A stretch of 64,000 bases of DNA from Macrostomum lignano (taxonomy: Eukaryota): NCBI GenBank assembly GCA_002269645.1, contig NIVC01000054.1, forward strand, positions 5,142 to 69,141. The letters run 5' to 3'. The translations under genes were made by a program, and so were the position numbers. Of the stretch, positions 46,063 to 64,000 are shown in pieces; position 1 is the first letter of the stretch; the number at the start of each line of letters is the position of its first letter. The notes under the pieces were generated by a model. That model searched no databases. It saw only the letters and a list, made by a program, of their open reading frames with translations, and had not been told where the DNA came from.

Positions 46063-46789
46063 ATTAAATGCCGCTGTGCCAGCCTTGCTACCATAGACAA
46101 AAGCTCCATTGCATTGGCAAACGTATCTCGGATTAAATTCAATGCGCGTAAGCCCAAGAGGGCTGCAAAAAGCTATACGAACTGACATACTTTCATAGCT
46201 CTGGTAATTTCTGCACTTTTCGATTAGCAAAGCTGTTCATCGTTTGGATATTAAAAACTCTCGGTGGTCTTCTCCATAATTCACAAAATTAATTTGAAGC
46301 AAAATAGAGCTGGGCACACTGTAGCCCATTGTTAATGCGAATACGCCCAGCCTTATAATATATCAATAATTCAATCAGCACATCGCCGTGGAGGTGGCCC
46401 AATATTATAACTGTAAAAATCTGCTATGGATATAATAACTAATCGCTCTGAACCTGCCAATCTTAGTTCTGTCTGCCAGGCAGTAGTTAATTCAGTTCTG
46501 AAGTCTGAAGCTTTTAAATAGATTGCTAAAACTCTGTTCGCAGTCCTGGCTTCATCAGACAGTCTCACCCACAGAATATATTCTGTGGCCTCACCTGAAC
46601 ATTAATTATTCCTCTTCGATGGCATTATTCGAGCCAACTTGGACGGGATAAAAAACTCTGGCTTCAGCTTAAAAAGCTCGTGTGAAAGATCATTAGTATA
46701 GCATTGCTTTGATATTCGCCTGAGCGAAATATTTCTCACGGTAGTTGATCTTTGTTGAAGGTAACTCATCTGCTACCCCAGCTTCCAGC

Positions 46790-48045
46790 TTTCACCCAGT
46801 TGGTTCCACACTTACCCCAGTTGGTTCCACACTTACCCCAGTTGGTTCCACACTTACCCCAGTTGGTTCCACACTTACCCCAGTTGGTTCCACACTTACC
46901 CCAGTTGGTTCCACACTTACCCCAGTTGGTTCCACACTTACCCCAGTTGGTTCCACACTTACCCCAGTTGGTTCCACACTTACCCCAGTTAGTTCCACAC
47001 TTACCCCAGTTGGTTCCACACTTACCCCAGTTGGTTCCACACTTACCCCAGTTAGTTCCACACTTACCCCAGTTGGTTCTACACTTACCCCAGTTGGTTC
47101 CACACTTACCCCAGTTGGTTCTACACTTACCCGAGTTGGTTCCACACTTACCCCAGTTTGTTCCACACTTACCCCAGTTGGTTCCACACTTACCCCAGTT
47201 GGTTCCACACTTACCCCAGTTGGTTCCACACTTACCCGAGTTGGTTCCACACTTACCCCAGTTGGTTCCACACTTACCCCAGTTGGTTCCACACTTACCC
47301 CAGTTAGTTCCACACTTACCCCAGTTGGTTCTACACTTACCCCAGTTGGTTCCACACTTACCCCACTTGGTTCTACACTTACCCCAGTTGGTTCCACACT
47401 TACCCCAGTTGGTTCCACACTTACCCCAGTTGGTTCCACACTTACCCCAGTTGGTTCCACACTTACCCCAGTTGGTTCCACACTTACCCCAGTTGGTTCT
47501 ACACTTACCCCAGTTGGTTCCACACTTACCCCAGTTGGTTCCACACTTACCCCAGTTGGTTCCACACTTACCCCACTTGGTTCTACACTTACCCCAGTTG
47601 GTTCCACACTTACCCGAGTTGGTTCCACACTTACCCCAGTTAGTTCCACACTTACCCCAGTTGGTTCCACACTTACCCGAGTTGGTTCCACACTTACCCG
47701 AGTTGGTTCCACACTTACCCCAGTTGGTTCCACACTTACCCCAGTTGGTTTCACACTTACCCCAGTTGGTTCCACACTTACCCCAGTTGGTTCCACACTT
47801 ACCCCAGTTGGTTTCACACTTACCCCAGTTAGTTCCACACTTACCCCAGTTGGTTCCACACTTACCCCAGTTGGTTCCACACTTACCCCAGTTGGTTCTA
47901 CACTTACCCCAGTTGGTTCCACACTTACCCCAGTTGGTTCCACACTTACCCTAGTTAGTTCCACACTTACCCCAGTTAGTTCCACACTTACCCCAGTTGG
48001 TTCCACACTTCCCCCAGTTGGTTCCACACTTACCCCAGTTGGGTC
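46790..48045. repeat. 21-bp minisatellite (~60 copies)
   Basis: Unit cccagttggttccacacttac. Confidence 0.98.
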
Positions 48046-49054
48046 CACCGCCCAGAGGAGTTAGCCAGTGCAGCCAGCTATGCATAATTAATGATGCAGC
48101 GCGAAGGAGTCGAATGTCGCCGTTACAGCTTGGCCCGACAAGTGAGGGCCAATTTGTCACAAAATTACAATAAAACCGACGTGAATGTCGTAAAGCAGTG
48201 CTTTTTTCACCGCATCCGATGACGTGCGCAATAACCAGGCTCCCCGCTGCGCCTCGGGTTCATTATACTGCTGCATGCGCGCGCCGATACACTTTCCCAA
48301 GTCTAGATAGCGGCCTTGCTTTCCCTGAATCATTTTCTCTCTTTCCATTTCTCGGCAATCTCCTCCCTCGCTATACTGCAGCTGCATTCCAGCCTGTGTG
48401 AAAGTTTTTCTTGTCCAAGCACCAGCTTACTAGTATAGCTTAGCAACAGATTCACCTTCGCCCTCGGTGAAGGAAGTCAGTTGGCCAGCGGGGTTGGGGG
48501 GCAGTCAGTTTATTATCAGCATCAAGTCGGTGGGTCCAGCAGCCTTCCGTATCCCCTCAGCACTGATTGGTCCCAGCACTGAGAGAGGAGGGAGCGCAGA
48601 GAATAGAGACTTTTTCAAGACGAAAATAATTGCATCGCGTGGAGCCCATGCCTCCCATCCGGTAGCGCACTTCATTCTCGGGTGCTGACAACTGTGTTTG
48701 GGAGCATTCCGGAGGCAATAGAAGCTGTGTTATAATTTATCTCAATTGATATTTCTTCTAATCTCTCTATTGGCCAGTTACTATAATATTAGAGCAGCAG
48801 GTGCCTGCTATTCTCTGCATTTGACAGCTTTGCATTGTAAGTGCAAGTGGGTCGGTTGGATCCGTTTATGATTTATTACTGTTATTACTACAGCCGTTAT
48901 TTATCTTGGGAATATTGGGAGCTATTTTCTAGGGAATTGTTTCTCGTGCAATTGTGCATCTACTTTATTATGAGTTAAAAGCGTACATTTTAAGGGGGCG
49001 CAAGTGTTTGTAAGGCGTTTGGTTTCTGAATTGCTGTTAGTAGTGACTACTAAC

Positions 49055-49878
49055 ATCCTGACACTCCAGTATAGGGCTTCTGACAATCCAGTATAGAGCT
49101 CCTGACAATCCAGTATAGAGCTCCTGACACTCCAGTAAAGAGCTCCTGATACTCCAGTATCGAGCTCCTGACACTCCAGTATAGAGCTCCTGACAATCCA
49201 GTATAGAGCTCCTGACACTCCAGTATAGAGCTCCTGACACTCCAGTATAGAGCTCCTGACACTCCAGTATAGAGCTCCTGACACTCCAGTACAGAGCTCC
49301 TGACACTCCAGTATAGAGCTCCTGACACTCCAGTATAGAGCTCCTGACACTCCAGTATAGAGCTCCTGACACTCCAGTGTAGAGCTCCTGACACTCCAGT
49401 ATAGAGCTCCTGACACTCCAGTATAGAGCTCCTGACACTCCAGTATAGAGCTCCTGACACTCCAGTATAGAGCTCCTGACACTCCAGTATAGAGCTCCTG
49501 ATACTCCAGTATAGAGCTCCTGACACTCCAGTATAGAGCTCCTGACACTCCAGTACAGAGCTCCTGACACTCCAGTATAGAGCTCCTGACACTCCAGTAT
49601 AGAGCTCCTGACACTCCAGTATAGAGCTCCTGACACTCCAGTACAGAGCTCCTGACACTCCAGTACAGAGCTCCTGACACTCCAGTACAGAGCTCCTGAC
49701 ACTCCAGTATAGAGCTCCTGACACTCCAGTATAGAGCTCCTGACACTCCAGTATAGAGCTCCTGACACTCCAGTATAGAGCTCCTGACACTCCAGTATAG
49801 AGCTCCTGACACTCCAGTATAGAGCTCCTGACACTCCAGTATAGAGCTCCTGACACTCCAGTATAGAGCTCCTGACAC
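49055..49878. repeat. 22-bp minisatellite
   Basis: Unit ctcctgacactccagtatagag. Confidence 0.97.
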
Positions 49879-50406
49879 CCCTCGAAGGTTCCATCGCCAA
49901 GTGCAGTTGGTGCACTCCTTTCGCCCGTAGGAGTTGCGCAAACGGTGCGCGGTCCCCAGCGCAGGTACCAACGAGCGCAGCAGTAGCAGAATGTGTCGCC
50001 TGAATCCCCTCAGCATACAAAATCACTGCAGCAAATGACAGGTTAAACGCCAAAGGCGTGCTTCCATTCTAGCAACGGCATTTTCCATCTCGCGAACCGA
50101 GCAAAATATTTTTTGCCTTAGCTCGTTTGTCAATGTCATGGATTTAGCCAGTGTTTGCCCAATTGCCCAAGCTCCATCAAGAATGGATCAGCGACCTCCT
50201 GCGATCGCTGGGACGCGACGCCCAAAAAAAGTTGCAGAAGACAGAATTTAAAAGCAATTCATCCAGCAGCTTTTATCGATTACTTTTTTGAACGTCAAGT
50301 TGAAAACGGATTAGCGAGTTTTAAGTTGAGAAATTTATTGATTGATCTCAGGGTCTCAATAAGAAACTCGAGCGTAAACAGTAAGATGGCCTGAACTTGT
50401 AGATAA

Positions 50407-61594
<11,188 letters not shown>

Positions 61595-62330
61595 AAGTTT
61601 CCACCTTTCTTTGCCTCCCCAGTCTCTACTGTCATCGATATAGCCATATAGTGCTTGTGAAACACTCGCTAATTGCATAGGTTTCTCTCATTTGTACTCT
61701 CTACTAGCTTAAAATATTTTTTTGCCGTTCACTGTTTTACTTACCAATGAAAGAGCGCCACGTCATCCAATCGCGGGGACACCCACCCCAACTCCACTAT
61801 TTTCAGTTCCCTTACCCTTATTGACTGGCCTCAGCCAATCAGAGTCCAGACAGTGTCCCAAGTATTGCCGAAGTCGTTTCAAAGCAACCAGAATCACATT
61901 ATTGTTCTCGGATATTTTTAAGCTTTACTGCCTGCTTGCCAGCGACGTATTATGCATGCTCACTCGATCCTGACCTCGCACTCCCTAGCTGAGTAAGTAC
62001 CTTACCTCGGCTGCATTCTTAATCAGTGGTGAAGCTATTACTGAGGGAACGAGCTCTTGGCTCGATTGCCTCTGGAAATGTTGTGGGAAAATTGACAGTG
62101 TTTAAAAAATGTTTAAATTCTTGAAAATAAACTTTTTCGCTTCTTAACTTCGTTGATTATCATTAGTTCAGACGGTTAAAAAATTGCTTTTTGTCTACCT
62201 ATCTAACATAGCACACCTAGCACTGCTCGTCAAAGTTCAGAGTTCACAGTACTCCCAGAGCAAGACAGCGGGTTCATCAGGTGACCGCATCGCTAATAAC
62301 GCAGGGATCTCACGGAGGAGCTCACGGAGC

Positions 62331-63202
62331 TCACGGAGATCCCTGCAAATTTTCCAGAGATAACTTGTCCCAGTCGGGCCAGAAGCGCTCCTTCATGCGG
62401 TCCACGTACTCGCACAGGTTGGGGGTGCTCTCCCGCATGAACTTCTTGTGCGGATAATTGATGGGGATGTAGAGAATCTGGGCCAGGTGGCCGAACGCGT
62501 AGCAATCAGCCGTTGTGGGCTCGTCTCCGAACAGGAACTGCTTGTTGCCGAGGGCTCTCGACAGGGCCATGATGTCCTGGAAGCCCATGTCGTACATCTC
62601 GGCCACCGAGTTGCGCCCGATGCCGTGGTAGAACACCTTCTTTCCGTAGCCCCTTGGGAAAGTGAAATACAGAAACTGGCGCAGCAGGTAGCCGCAGAAC
62701 TCCCAGGTGTTGATGAAGTTGACCACGTCCTCAACGTAGCGGTAATAGAAGTAGGAATAGACCGTCTGATTCTCGAGCATCATCTCCAGACCTCTGGCCA
62801 GGCCTTCCTGCTCATCCGTGAGGTTATCCTTCACGCCAAAGTGCTCAGTGAGCTTGGCGATGATGAGATTGGACTCGTTGTACTCCTGACCGTTGAGCTC
62901 CACGAACGGGATTTGGCCTTTCTGGCTCCACACCATTATCTTGCGCGTCACCGTGTGCGGGATCTTGTGCAGCCGGAGCCACGTCTCCAGTTTGAGGCCG
63001 AACGGGGACACGCTGACGATTGTGCGACAGCTGGGAAAGTTGAACATGTACACCTTGTCCTTCTCATAGTTGGCCACCGAGGACCCGTCCGCCTGCGGCG
63101 AACAACTCGAGCAGTGGCCCAGAGACAGACGGCGACAGCGCCAGAGGCCACAAAGGTGACGGTCTTCGGGCTCTTCGCCCACCAGTTGAGCAGCGAATCC
63201 AT
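62331..63202 (-). CDS. fax: Failed axon connections homolog (FAXC / metaxin-like GST fold), apparently intronless, with a 1-nt frameshift near 63072
   Basis: SPFGLKLETWLRLHKIP, SQKGQIPFVELNG, GNKQFLFGDEPTTADCYAFGHLAQ, NLCEYVDRMKERFWPDW. The N-terminal anchor MDSLLNWW..VAVCLWATARVVRRRR lies in the adjacent frame. Confidence 0.88.
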
Positions 63203-63596
63203 GCTTAAACGGCCTGCTATGCCAGCAGAGTTTCTGAGAACGAACGGGGCTTCTTTCAAAAGTAGTTTTTAACTGCTTGGCTTCACAGGTGATTCTGCCA
63301 CAATTTAAAGGCCGAGAGACCCCACATAAAAAGTCTGAGTTCGCCTTCAAACCACCGATTCTTATCTAATCAATTGAGCTTTTCTGAGCTCGCAGATTTT
63401 GGGCAGCGAGCCGAACAGAAAGCGATAGCATGAACCCCTGGTATCCAAGGCAGAAGTTGTGCATACTTAGCTTATAAACTTTTACTTTTATTTCTGCGCA
63501 ATGAAAACGGCAAAAGAATTCGATCTCTGATCTTTGCACTCTCGATCAGACAAATCGGACGTCTAATCAAATTCAGCATCAATGTCCAGCTGATAT

Positions 63597-64000
63597 TCAG
63601 TCATTAAGCAGGAGTGCTCCGCATCTGCACAACGACAACTGCTCCTCCATCTTGCGCAGCCGCTTACTCAGGCGTTCTGGCAGCACAGACTCAAGCAGTT
63701 GCCACCTGGACTCCATAATGAAGCTCTTGTGCAGCAGGTTGAGCTGTCGCATGGTTTCCCGATAATCGTAGGTGTCCGACACCAGCTTGGACATGACGCC
63801 GATCAGAAAGTTGAGCATCACAATCGCCGTGGTGCTGTAGAGCAAGGTGCTCAGCAGGCGGAAGGACACCCTGACGGATTCGAGCTCACGATGGCTGTCA
63901 GGTGCCGTAGAGTTTTTGGCGGCCTGAGCCTCAACGGTGAACGATCTCACTCCCATGAGGAATTCGTACGCGTCGAAGATTCTGAGATCCCGGATGCCGC
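63597..64000 (-). CDS. TRP-like cation channel, 3' end (pore helix, S6, TRP-box region); 5' part beyond the window
   Basis: YEFLMG...STLLYSTTAIVMLNFLIGVMSKLVSDT...LLHKSFIMES, similar to the TRPV/TRPA S6 motif (MLNLLIAMM). Confidence 0.7.
   Translation of the reverse strand, partial: GIRDLRIFDAYEFLMGVRSFTVEAQAAKNSTAPDSHRELESVRVSFRLLSTLLYSTTAIVMLNFLIGVMSKLVSDTYDYRETMRQLNLLHKSFIMESRWQLLESVLPERLSKRLRKMEEQLSLCRCGALLLND

Noticed and set aside
62220-62333. Selenoprotein with multiple Sec codons
   Set aside because: The first UGAs come from a 9-nt local repeat, FAX proteins are not known selenoproteins, and no SECIS was recognised; kept only as part of a lower-confidence finding.

Overview
Eukaryotic (metazoan) genomic DNA with GT-AG introns, GC3-rich exons and a different minisatellite in most large introns. 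This architecture and the flatworm-type tropomyosin suggest a flatworm such as Macrostomum (inference). Genes reconstructed by hand with splice-phase checks: (1) 5' end of a tropomyosin gene (-) with two alternative first exons; (2) a ~33-kb PDE2-type GAF-GAF-PDEase gene (-) with 20+ exons, probable alternative N-termini and one frameshifted exon; (3) an apparently intact nuclear-type tRNA-Ile with the GAU anticodon, unusual for eukaryotes; (4) a six-exon Shaw/Kv3-like K+ channel (+) with an atypical S4 and S6 gate; (5) a failed-axon-connections (FAXC/metaxin-GST-like) gene (-) with a 1-nt frameshift; (6) the 3' end of a TRP-like channel (-). There are also hAT-type MITEs and about 35 tandem-repeat arrays. 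Most long ORFs in the supplied track are repeat artefacts. All homology calls are from memory of family motifs; no database search was run.
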